Made by a program: the position numbers and the translations under genes
Notes under the pieces: generated by a model
The model's input: the letters and a program-made list of their open reading frames with translations, nothing else
The model's database searches: none
Told to the model about the DNA's origin: nothing
Source of the DNA: Catajapyx aquilonaris
Lineage: Eukaryota
NCBI GenBank assembly: GCA_000934665.2
Contig: JYFJ02000290.1
Coordinates: 62,001-126,000, forward strand
DNA length: 64,000 nucleotides
Direction of reading: 5' to 3'
In this document: one piece after another, positions 39,886-51,738 of the stretch
Layout of the letters: every line of letters begins with the position of its first letter
How positions within the stretch are numbered: position 1 is the first letter of the stretch

Positions 39886-40546
39886 GCAGGTACGTATACG
39901 TATATACGCGACGCTAATGCGGATGTGAGACCTGCATCTTCTGGAAGAGCTGGGTGTCCTGTACGGTCAACGACCCAATGACATCGTATGAACAGGAGAC
40001 AAAAATACAACAGCTGTTCATTTGAAGAAAAGTACTGGGCTGTGGGTCATCGGATGACCAGCACTATCACTGGACACGAAGCAGTTCCAGAGGCATAAAC
40101 CAGTCCGAAATTGCGTTAACCACAAAAGTACGTACTGTGGGGAATGCTTCGTATAGCAAAGGGTCCATCTGCACTAATCATAAAAAGGGAGCCAACTACA
40201 CCATTCGATGCTTGAATGACTCATTCTGGCCCTTGTGAAAAGGCGCAATCACGAGTATGATCGTATCGTCAACGAAGATTGAAAGCAATAGGCCCTATCA
40301 GCTCTGGAAAAAAACAAGATCTGATAGGTACGCAATATTTTTCACAAAATTGCACCCTGTACTGGATGAAGTGCTGAAGTTAGTGTATTAACACCAAGGG
40401 ATAGACTCACACAAGAAATTGTTGCTTCAAGAGTCACTAATATGTAACCAAACTTTTCTAACTAATACGGTGTAAAAATGGCTACAATTTTTAAAAAAAA
40501 TTCCAGCCCTGCTATATTTTTCCTGCAGAAATTTTGTACATTTTCT

Positions 40547-40921
40547 ACCCGTGTAAAAAAGACGCATAGCTCTCGCCGAAAACAAAGTTTCGCTCGGGAA
40601 GGATTCATTCATTTCATAGGTTGCCAACAGCGTTTGGTACGAGCCTAAGGGGGGCCATTTCGCGCTTCTCGGGACGCCTTTCGTACAAGATGTCCTCCGG
40701 GACCCTACTCTCTCTATATACGCGCCCCTGTTTCTGCCTGGAGGGTCTCCAGATAGCATTTTCTTGGCGGCTTTACTCGGTCTCGGTTCTCTGTCTGTGA
40801 TGCTATACACCCCATCCGCAGGAATGATGTTTGTCTGCCCAGCTAGATTGTTGTCGGTGTCGTGCAAAGGACAGGATCATTTCGTGCCACGTTTGGGACG
40901 ACTGAACTTCAAGAGACGGGT
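40547..40921 (+). ncRNA. Candidate rod-like RNA
   Basis: ACCCGT/ACGGGT closure; 40574-40585/40848-40859; GTTGCCAA (40620-40627)/TTGGCGGC (40764-40771; 2 G-U). Confidence 0.42.
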
Positions 40922-41947
40922 TTTTAAAAAATTAAAACCGTGTTTAATTCATGATTTTATGATTAATGGAAAATATATTCATGCGAACCATTTTACTGTG
41001 CAGCCATGGTTGATATAATAACATAAGAGCCAGATAACAAAAGGTAATCCTATGTATTCTCTTGAAATATTTTGACAGCCCAGTGCAGCGGATGATATAG
41101 TATTCTGGAAACTGTTGCGCTAACAGTAATTTCATTACAGTTTCGCGTATGCAGTATTAGGCATTCAATATTGAAGTCTATTTTTCATGAAAATTGGCTG
41201 TACAAAGCATTAGAGTCATTCAAACCGCAAACATAATTATCATTTGTGAGTTTTTTGTGCAGCCCGCCGCATTTGAACGAGTGACTATAATCTATGGAAA
41301 AAAAACATTCTATAGCAGCTGAATGCATAAACCGCACAGAAATGAATAATGGCATGGATTATGCGAGGCCTTTCGGCTACTTTCACCAACGAAACAATGG
41401 AGCTAAAATCAATCATTTCCAAACCTTAATTGTTGTCCTGCGAATCAAACAGTTGCTCTAAATTCTTACCATTCTTATACCCTATAATTGCCATCTGATG
41501 CGTTCTATCAGTATTGTTAAGATGTCTTGTTAACAAGCTCATAGACCACATAACTGTCTAGCAAAAGCTTCTTGCATAATTAATGGTCCATAAGGGTTGA
41601 AAATGATGGAGTTTGCTGCACTCCATTACGCTACATAAATATCCAGCTGCTGGATACCATCCAAGAAATGCAATTTTGGCACCGTTCGATCTGCAAAGTA
41701 GCACTTTCCGAAGAAAAAAACTTAGCCACCAAATGAAGTGATTTACGCAACCGGAAAAAAAAGAGAGAAACAGGTTTAGCTGGGCCAATTGGATATCCTC
41801 TCTGGGTGGGCTTTTGGTACGCCCGCTAAATAATGGGACACAAAAAAATTCCAGCTCCGTGATTATTAAAACAAGAGGGCAGTAGGCGTGTAAAATTATT
41901 ATCCCTCATTCACACCATCTCTAAACCCATGTGAAATATCCTTTACG

Positions 41948-42388
41948 CCCCCAGAATAGCACGCTCGTACATGCTAAAAAAATCCCCACACAAATTGCGT
42001 ACACAAATCTAGTTAATGCTTCTATAGAGCTGCCGACATAGCTCTATAGCCTAATGACCCTGTGCCTTAGATCATTAAGCGACACTTATGGAAGCGGGTA
42101 TTTTTAAGCCCAGGGTAAATTGCCCCTCCCTGTGAGCTGCATCGTTTGTTGCTTCTATTCTCTTGTAGCTTGCTTCTAATATGAGGAAGCTTCCATCCTC
42201 TTTGGCCCCCGTCTGCTTCACACATTTGCACCAGTAACTCACGCCTTTGTTCTCAAACCGAGTCCTAACGATGAAAACTTCACGCCAAAAATTGAGTTTC
42301 GTTAACCATTTTAACTTTGAGAGGTGTTTTTTTTGCCGGGCGGTTCTGTAAAAAAACACAGTTTAGAAGTTTGCTAATTTGCGGGGGT
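41948..42388 (+). ncRNA. Candidate structured RNA island
   Basis: CCCCC..TAGCA/TGCTA..GGGGG closure; perfect CTATAGAGCT (42022-42031)/AGCTCTATAG (42040-42049). Confidence 0.33.
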
Positions 42389-45300
42389 TCGTGACAGGTA
42401 ATACGAGTTGTTTTGCGCGTTGAATCAAATATCGTGACGAGTACAGTGCAAGTGAAGGTACCCTGCTGGGTCGAGAGGAATAAATACGTAACAAATTTTA
42501 AAATGTAATGAAATCCTATACAACGCAACTCTGCGAACAATTAATTTCATATTGAATAATAGCTGATATTGTTGGTGAACCTATTCAGCAATGCACTGCC
42601 GATGTCCCCTGTTTCAATCTGGAGTATACCGGCCAGAAAACAGTTTAAGGTGAAAAAAATTGTTAGAAGCGACTATCATTTGTGTTGATTGTTTCCTCTT
42701 CTACAAGAAACTGATAAACTGTTTCTTTGGGTAAATAATCGCTAGTCTCACTTTCCCCTCTCAGACTGTGATGGACATGGGAAGTTATATACACTCTGCA
42801 TACTCATAATATGCGAGTGTTTCCCCTAATTTATGTAACCACCACAAATCATGTACACACTGCAATGTGGTTTGTGGTTATGCACTGAGTTCAGTATATA
42901 CTGGTGTTAAACAAGTGGCCTACAATCACAAGCATGTTATGTGCGGTGTATATTGCATAGTATAACTGGACGTGTGACCATTGCAGTGTTTGCCAGAGTA
43001 TTACCGAGCATAATAATGCAGGCAACAATTGTTTTAATAGGTCTATAATAGTGCAAGTGCTTTTTGTGCACAGCACCGGAGCAAAAGACGGCTCGCGGAT
43101 AGCTGCGGAAGTACGTATAAAAAGGTATAAACATGTTATTATAATTTTTCGTGTAAACAACTTGTCATCCTGCGGAGTTTCGCCCGCACAATCTCATGCA
43201 CGTCTTGGGTGCATTGTTTTTGAATGTATATTACTGCATGATACATGTACGATACAGCCCTGGCTTTCAGTTCTGCACATGGGAAACTATACACCTTGCG
43301 TCTCGAATAATGAATAATTTGACGTTTACATGAAGTTGTCATATGAAAATAAATTGACGGTGACTCATTATTAAACATTATTGAATTGCAATATACAATG
43401 TTAACATTTTAGATTAATGTTTGTCACTAGTTAATGCGTAAAATTTTGGTGCATCAGGACGTGAAGTAGGGCCTAGGATAATTTTTTGACATATCATACC
43501 CAGTAGAAACATTAGAGCCGGTTGCCATAATTATATTACAGGACTGAATTTTGCAGACTTTCGGCAGAAGACCATATTGCCCCTATTAAGCTTCAATGCG
43601 AATATGCCTGGTATTCCCGCAACTGATTAACAACTTCCTCAGGCCAAGTGACCTCTGGGAAGTATTGCGTCTCATACCCTATCAGAAATCAGATTGGGAA
43701 ACAGGAGGGGCACGGTACAAAGTGAAGGTTACCATAGTAACATGGATTTTTTTTCTCGCAAATTAACCTCGTCTCCTCCAAGGCAATTCCACAGCACTGC
43801 ACCCTATAACCCTCCTGACTTTGTTAGTCTAAATGATATGTAAAATCCTCCCATAAAAAAAAGTTCATTCTGCATAAAACGACGAACTTTGAGATAATTT
43901 TTTTTTTGCGCTTATATTTTCTGGTCCTGTCCAGTATGTACTGACGTACTGTTACCCATCATATTATACCTCTGGCATAGCCACCAGTCTTTTCTCTCTT
44001 CTCTCGGCAGCAAGCCTCTGTGTGGATGGTGATGAGTTCTGGATTCAAGGCCAACTGCACATCGGGGCCAACGCCACTAGATTGCCCCATTCTATATGGA
44101 AATGAACAAGATGGCGGTGCCTTGCGCGGGAATATTTCCGGACTAAAACTGTTATCCAATAAATTAACCGGCTCTGGGAATGACGGGTCTTGCGGTATGC
44201 GTTTAAGTTACGCACCCTTATTCGCTATTCATAGCCCTGCTCTCTCTGGGGTGGATATAGCTCCTTTTCTACGTATACTGTAAAAGCACGGTTGGCTCAA
44301 TGAACTCTCTGAATAATTATTGTTTGAATAGATTTTCACTCTACCACTTTATACGCTCCGAAATATTTTTGGGGGGTTTGAAGCTAAATTGCAGTCATTT
44401 TAAGGAAAAATTAATCAATTAAGATAAAATATTCAATCAGATTTGAGTGGACGTTATTTTTTTAAATTATGCAATTGAAAGTTCGAATTTTTTTCACGTT
44501 TTAATCTCACTCTGCAGCTTGCATTCCCACTCACACTATAAAAACCAAAACCTTTCGCAACACTCACACCATATGAAATTGAGCAGCATGCAATACAATT
44601 AAGTGCATACCGCACTATTTGGAATTCACAATAGCCTCCCTTTAGTGTCAAGCATTCCATTTAATTAAGGCTATCGAAACTCCCAAACCAGGAGGCGTTC
44701 ATGGGGCTAATGCCTCGTTATAACAGCATACACTCAGCATTAATTCGCCAACTTGCGCCCCCCTTGTTATGAATCCAATAATTAATTCATTGAAGACAAG
44801 AAGCGATCTGCAGAGGCCGGATTTTAGCTAGGAAGGTAGGCCCGGAAGCAAAAACAAGAGGTTAAAAAAATACACGGTGTATAATGAAACAACCATCGAC
44901 CCCCTCCAGGAGTTTCCTACGTCCGGATGTTGTATCATGACTGGAGAACCCAAAACGTAACGTAAACTTGTCTCCTGGCGTTTTCATTTCGAATGGAAAG
45001 TTGAGCAAACTCTACATCGCCGGAGTTTATTATACCTAGCTTTTGCTGAATAGGGTATTACAAGCCTCCCCTTTGATATTTGGACGAGAGAGTAATGTAA
45101 TAGCAGGCCACAAAGGGAGGGACAACAGTTGTGCATTTTTATACCGTTTGATCTGCGTAACTATAGCACCCATGGAATAATCTGCTATCGCTGTTATGGT
45201 ACGGGTTATTGAAAAATATGCTCTTATATACATTGTTAGGTCGCTTGTACTATTTTCCTTCCTAAAACCTTTTGCGTTGTTAGAGGAGATTTGGGCTTCA

Positions 45301-45636
45301 AATTCAACACAACGTTGTACTGCTGCAGACGTTTCTGACAGCAATTTGTCCGCATTTGCGGTTCATTAAAGAAGAGCTTTAAAAATATTTAACGTATTTT
45401 GCATGAGCCGATCTCTCATGCTTTTGATGTTTGAAGTGGTTTGACAAAAAGGTTTTTAGCGTAATTGCGGATTGGCTCGCAAAGTATTAGCATCTGCCCA
45501 GTAACCAGGAGGAAACGCCACAATCTTCATAATTTCAAAACCCTTCAAAACATCATCAGACGAACCAGACGAGTCGTTACAGTATCAAGTATACGTTACA
45601 GCGCCAATCAGCCCAGCCAGTACTATTATATATAAT

Positions 45637-46430
45637 ATTAGATCAAAAACTTTCCCTTCAGTAAAAAAAAGAGAAGTAAGACCTCCGCGGCGGAATAAAA
45701 GTACTGAAACAAGGCAGGCGCACGTAAGACCTTCACCAATTGATTTAAGCTGTACCATAGGTCTTACTCAAGCAATTACCAATTTACTGCTCATGAAATC
45801 TCCTTTCTGAAAACAAATTTGTGGAATTTCTGTCGTACTACTAGTTACTTCTAACTTAGCAGTACCAGTGTAGTGCAATGGTACTGCTATAAGTTAGCAG
45901 TAACTACAGACCTATAGTTAATAGTAATAATAGTAGTATGACGAATATTCCACCCATTACTTTTCCATGAGCCACTCTATATATAGTGTTTTATGAAATT
46001 AGGAACTTCAATATTAAGCACATTGAATTTCTATGCGATTATGCAAATTATTGCTATGAAACATTTATGCAGAATCGTCACCTCTTTTACATGCTGATTT
46101 TAACTCTAACGTTTAATTTTTCACATATAAACGTTAATTGGTGAATTTTAGAGGGTCTCTTTCGATTGGACCAAGTCTGTTAGAATGGGTTTAGTTTTTT
46201 CCCAATTTTTTTCATGATTAAATCCTACGTATACTGTTCTGAGTAGTTTGCAGCAGTCATTTTACGAGCCGTTCCGTACCGTACTTGAGAATTGCTTGAG
46301 TAAGACCTATGGTACAGCTTAAATCAATTGGTGAAGGTCTTACGTGCGCCTGTCTTGTTTCAGTACTTTTATTCCGCCGCGGAGGTCTTACTTCTCTTTT
46401 TTTTACTGAAGGGAAAGTTTTTGATCTAAT
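45637..46430. mobile_element. Foldback-like element with 141-bp inverted arms (45637-45777 / 46290-46430)
   Basis: The arms differ at one position. Each arm carries GTAAGACCT twice direct and once inverted. No clear TSD. Confidence 0.7.
45821..45953. mobile_element. Small palindromic MITE, copy 1 (inside the foldback spacer)
   Basis: Ends GTGGAAT/ATTCCAC with an internal hairpin CTAACTTAGCAGTACCA...TGGTACTGCTATAAGTTAG. A related copy lies at 58655-58791. Confidence 0.6.
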
Positions 46431-46656
46431 TTCAGTTCTTTTTTGACAGTACACATAACTTATGCTCTACACTATACAGTCTGCACTATGAATGCATTGG
46501 AGACGATTTTCGTCGCTTAGAAGTCCCTGAATTGATTTTCACAGAGATAGTCGTAAAAAAACGAAAGTCGAGTGCTACCAGCCAACGGTTAGTCTGATTT
46601 AATTATTATGAAATAGCCTATACGCTAAAATATACGGAATATATACATTGAGGACT

Positions 46657-46804
46657 GTACCAGACGAATTTGCTGAAATCGTGGTACTTTGCAAGAAATC
46701 AATCAATACTTATCTGCGTCTTGCCTCCGTCACATCTGAAAACTCCCAACCGTACTTAATTTTCGCGAAATGCGACGATTTCAGCAAATCAGTTCGTCTG
46801 GCAC
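46657..46804. mobile_element. ~150-bp MITE, copy 1
   Basis: Inverted ends CCAGACGAA..TTTGCTGAAATCGT / ACGATTTCAGCAAA..TTCGTCTGG. A diverged direct copy lies at 47039-47183. Confidence 0.65.
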
Positions 46805-46872
46805 GTTACAATAAAATACGCAAGTACATGTCTGCAAAACCTGCGCTACGAACGGACAGTATGTCTGTGTTT

Positions 46873-46917
46873 GCATGGAAATGCCCAGGACATGACATGT
46901 CCTGGGCATTTCCATGC
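46873..46917. repeat. Perfect palindrome, 22-bp arms with 1-nt spacer
   Basis: GCATGGAAATGCCCAGGACATG-A-CATGTCCTGGGCATTTCCATGC. Confidence 0.95.
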
Positions 46918-47038
46918 CCATGAATTGGAAAAGATACATTATCTTTTCCAATTCCCGGACCCGCGGAAACCAAAACTAGACAACTGTCACCAATGTCACT
47001 TACGACATTATTCGGGGCAATTATCTACATTGAGAACC

Positions 47039-47183
47039 GTACCAGACGAATTTACTGAAATCGTGGAACTTTCCAAGAATTAAATCAATACTATGTGTGG
47101 CTTGCCTCGGTCACATCTGAAAACTCCCAAACTTATTTAATTTTCGCGAAATGCAACGATTGCAGCAAATATTAGTCTGGCAC
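47039..47183. mobile_element. ~150-bp MITE, copy 2
   Basis: Colinear with 46657-46804 (shares GTCACATCTGAAAACTCCCAA and TAATTTTCGCGAAATGC). Confidence 0.65.
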
Positions 47184-47300
47184 ATTTCTCAAGGTAGATG
47201 TTCCGCATACTGGAACATAATTTCATAATTAAATCAGCTTAAGAGTTGGCCGGTATTACCTGGCGATGGCGATATAGCAGGGAGTGAACGGGCTTAATAG

Positions 47301-47730
47301 TAACTGTTGAATCCGGATAAAACAAACTTCAAGAGACTGCGAAAAAAGTATGTTATAACCGAGAGGTCTGTTATAGCCGAATCGTCACGCAACGTAAACA
47401 TAAATTTCTGCTTTCAATATGGCTGTACTATGCAGTACTAGACTACATACCGATTAATGAAATCTGTCACAAATGTAATATTGGCTCACCCGAAAATTAT
47501 GCAGGACCAAAATATCCGAAATTTCCTTCTGCCGTCTCCTTTTTGCATACCTGGAAAACAATATTTTCACACCGAGGGTCCAAGAAATGGTCTGTTATAC
47601 CCGAGGTGAGGTGAAAATGAGTCTGTTACATCAGGAGTGCAAATACACAGTGCCTAATGGAAGCATGCCGGGACGGCCTTTATAACCAAGTCTGCTATAG
47701 CCGAGGCTGTTATATCCAGATTCAACTGTA
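47301..47730. mobile_element. Tc1/mariner-pogo-type MITE
   Basis: The left end TAACTGTTGAATCCGGATAAAAC matches the reverse complement of the right end (TACAGTTGAATCTGGATATAAC). There are TA ends and repeated internal GTTATAnCCGA motifs. Confidence 0.7.
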
Positions 47731-49146
47731 ATAATCTGTAATAAGTGCAATGAGTTCACACCAGCGGCAGGGTAACATTTCGCTAATAACAATATGGCTA
47801 GTGGGTAAACAAGAATTGACGTTTCTAGGTGATGGGATTATGAACGAATGAATTAATGACAGAAAAAATTTGATGTAAAAAAATCACAGCTCCAATTCTG
47901 CAGCAGGTGTAACTGTGAGATTTTGAACATAGATCCGCACCATCCCACTGCACCTTCGGCCCTTTGAAGAAGGAACCGAATTCAGAATAGTTATTGAGCA
48001 AATAAATATAGACGTATTTTTTGGTGGTTTCAAATTTTTTGCGGCGTTTTGAAGAGGAATTGAGTTTAGCCGTAAATGGTAGGAATGCACTTCACGACGG
48101 TGGGCATCTGTGTTCAAAATTTGGAAGCTCTACCTACAGCAGAACTTGAGTTAGGGCGAATAAAAAAAACGTAACAAGAAGATGATGTTGAAGAAATTCA
48201 TTGTTGAAATCTATGCTACGGTCTTACTAAGGGGCTATCGCCCCTTAAATATGCGAAGAAAAGCGGAATGGCAACGGGGAAAACATTTTTGCATGCTTGG
48301 ACATATTTTTTTTTTCTCTGTTGGAATCTTATTGTTTCCGTTCTTTTCCTTCTAGATATAGGGACTGTCATGCTGGTTAGTTGTCTTTTGTTTTGGTCAT
48401 TATTGAATAGGCGTTTGATGATTCCAACCTGTTGATTACATGACACGTGACATTAATTTTCCCAGCACTAGTAATGTTAGTGACAATCGCGTGATTTATT
48501 TACTCTGCCGTGAACACACACACGCCAGGCCAGACACATCCTTCGACAGGCCATCATAATAATATTCCTCTCTCCCTCCCCTTCCCTTCCCTCCCCTCCT
48601 CCTATAGTCGCGCAGAGTTAGTAGGTCAGTAGGAGCGGATAAGGCGCATGCATTGGGTTTTGTACCGTTAAGTGATTCACACTAAATTTTTCCGTGACGC
48701 AATACCTTCGATCCGGGGTTTTCACATTGACGATTCTTGCATGGTGTAGCAAGTGTCACCTTGCCCCGGGGCCGATCCACCCACACAAGTCACGCAACCA
48801 AATGGACCTGGCAAACTTGTGACAATGTTTTCGTAGGCCATGTTAGGAAAAGTCTTCTCTCGACTCCCCGTGGTGGTCCTCGACCATCAAGCCCAGGTTA
48901 TTACTCTCTTGGCTCGGAACGGATTAGCCTAATGCCAGGGATATAATTCTGCGTGAGGCTAGATCCTTATTTTGCATCTGGCAAACCGTGCCTGGAATAC
49001 GCTTAAAAACAAGGCGCCGACGACGCTGCCCTTGCCATCATTTTGTATAAGGATATTATTTTCGCCATCGCCATGGCACAAAGTCACCCGCGTAACTGTA
49101 GCGCTGGAAAGACAAGGTCGCAATCGTGACACTCACCGCTACAGTT

Positions 49147-49890
49147 AGCCTGATTCGAGTCACGTGATCCAATCAGGCTGGTTCAGATCACGTGAGCCAA
49201 TCAGAGGGGTTCAGATCACGTGACCCGCAAGGGTACCAACGTCTACACAAGGTTGCCCACCCTGCCCAGTCCTACCAACCTCTCAGATCGTGTGACCAAC
49301 AGGGGTGCCAGCGTCTACACGGTTTCCAATCCTGCGCAGTGCTACCAATCTGTCCCGTCACGTGACCAACATTGTTGCCAACTTCTGCAATGTTACCAAC
49401 CTTGTCCAGTCCTACCAACCTCTCAGATCACGTGACCAACAGGAGTGCCAACGTTTACACGGTTGCCAACCCTGCGCAGTGCTACCAATCTGTCCCGTCA
49501 CGTGACCAACATTGTTGCCAACCTTGTCCAGTCCTACCAACCTCTCAGATCACGTGACCAACAGGGGTGCCAACGTCTACATCGTTGCCAACCCTGCGCA
49601 GTGCTACCAATCTGTCCCGTCACGTGACCAACATTGTTGCCAACCTTGTCCAGTCCTACCAACCTCTCAGATCACGTGACCAACAGGAGTGCCAACGTCT
49701 ACACGGTTGCCAACCCTTCGCAGTGCTACCAATCTGTCCGGTCACGCGACCAACATTGTTGCCAACTTCTGCAATGTTGCCAACCCTGTGTAGGGCTCAG
49801 GGCTACCAACATGTCCGTCACGTGACAAACAAGGGTGCCAGCGTCTACACGGTTGCCAGCCCTGCGCAGTGCTACCAACCGTTCAGATCA
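49147..49890. repeat. 122-bp tandem satellite rich in TCACGTGA and GTTGCCAAC
   Basis: CAGATCACGTGACCAACAGG starts at 49424, 49546 and 49668 (period 122), with a variant unit at 49284. There are ten CACGTG copies between 49161 and 49824. Confidence 0.92.
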
Positions 49891-51698
49891 GTGGCCAACA
49901 TATGGATGCCAACGCCTGCATGGTTGCCGTTAAAATTAGGGAAGGTTGGCCGAGCCGACAGGGTGGCCAACGCGTGGATGGCCATGTTTGATCCTGGCCG
50001 GCGAATATTATCGCGGCCTTCGCTGGAAGGAAATTCTTTAGCGGGAACCCCCCCTCCACCTCTCCAATAATTGTGTGACCCCACCTTGACCTACTTTTCA
50101 GAGAGCACTCTTAAGCGCTGAGGACGGATAACCGGTTGTATCATATAGATTCGGCTCACGAAATCTGTGCCACACAATCTGGCGAATCCTTGCCCGCCCA
50201 AATATTTTGGCAACCATCATTTTTGCAGCCAACTATATTTTCTTCCTCGTCGTGGTTAACAATGAAGAGGACATTCCTTACACACTCTCGGGGTCGTGCA
50301 AGTAGTGGTACTCTACACATGCACCCGTATAGTTCACCCCGGACAAACAGAGGCACGGATTTCTCGAGTGAATCGAGCAGTATTTGGACAAGCGTCATTT
50401 ACTGCTTGGGGTTGGACCATGCCTTTAAAATCCTACATGGGGCTTGTGGACTCCTGCAGTTTAGGAGGGGTGATAGCTCCATGCTGGTTAACATCCGATA
50501 ATTGGTTAATCGCCCGTGACAACAGGTCTATACCGCGCTATAGCCTCTCTCCCACGTCCACCCACACTATATTCATGCTAGAGCTCTCCTAACAGAGAAA
50601 GTGCTGTGTGTACAAGGTGTCCCCAAAAAAGACAATCTGTGACGTAGGTCATGGCCACGTTTCTGCTGGGTTGACACTCATTTCTCTCTCTTTCAAACCG
50701 TTATACTCGATGCAAGGAATGAGTTGAAAAAAAAGACAGGGGATGAGGCTGGGGAGGGGGTGGGGAGAGGAGAAAACCACCCTACAAAAAACCGCCAAGA
50801 TTAGATACGCTCTTTGTCCAAAAAAAATCCGGTAACCTCGCAGCAGGCTCCATATCGCAGACTTTGAGCCGCCCCATATATTTTGCGCCGGCTGGGAAAA
50901 CATTCAAATGTCTACAACGAAAACCTGACACCTACGAAATTCGATTGGAAATATTAATCGCAATTAATTCGACTATTATTTATCTATTAATTACATAATT
51001 CATTTCTTTAATCTTGCATTTGCCTGTACTTACTTTCTCATTTTAATTGGCATTTCTTTAATTTTACCGATGAGTATATTTTCATTCGTTTAAATTTTAC
51101 CGAATATATTTTAATTCGTTTGTCACTGACACTTTTCTTAGTGTATTTCAGTGATTCAATTGTTCGAATATATTTGTTTTATTTAATCTGTTTATTTCGA
51201 CATCACGTATTCATTGAGTTAGCTAGATGCGACTGGAACGGTTATTTTAATTTAATATAATATTACGATGATTCCTGGACACAATTTTTACGCACACAAA
51301 AATGAGTTGAATAATATTTAAATTCCATGCCAATATATTGTTCAAATTTTTTTACAATCGGAAATTCATTGCACTGTCACTCAATTCGGCCTAATATTAG
51401 TATAGCTAATAATGATAACCATTAACACGAACGACTTCGAAATAAGCAGGTTATAGCCGAAACCTGCGAATATTTAATTAAATAAAATTGCAACGAACTA
51501 AAAATTAAATTAAATACGGCTATGCATGAAACAAAAAAAAAACCGCTCCGAAATATAGAAACGAGCAGGATTCGGCACAGATTTCGCAAACTTCAGTCTC
51601 TTAATATCGGAAACCTATTCAGGGCGGAAAACCACAGTTAAATCCGAGGGTATACCGATCCGGAATCCCAATGGCTTGTTGATTTGTAAAAAAAGAAA

Positions 51699-51738
51699 GA
51701 TGATGATGATGATGATGATGATGAAGATGATGAAGAAG
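51699..51738. repeat. (GAT)n/(GAA)n microsatellite
   Basis: Directly visible. Confidence 0.9.

Noticed and set aside
430..44300. Islands as Pol III genes or telomerase RNA paralogues
   Set aside because: Internal T4-T6 runs would terminate Pol III, I saw no conserved PSE or A/B boxes, and CCTAAC template-like words occur at about chance frequency.
1..45000. Short ORFs over the islands read as alternative coding exons (e.g. a Dscam-like exon array)
   Set aside because: The translations show no shared motif, no Ig-like Cys/Trp pattern and no similarity to each other; stops occur in all frames.
49147..49890. CRISPR-like array or repeat protein ORFs
   Set aside because: The spacers are themselves repeated, the context is eukaryotic with no cas genes, and the ORFs are by-products of the satellite.
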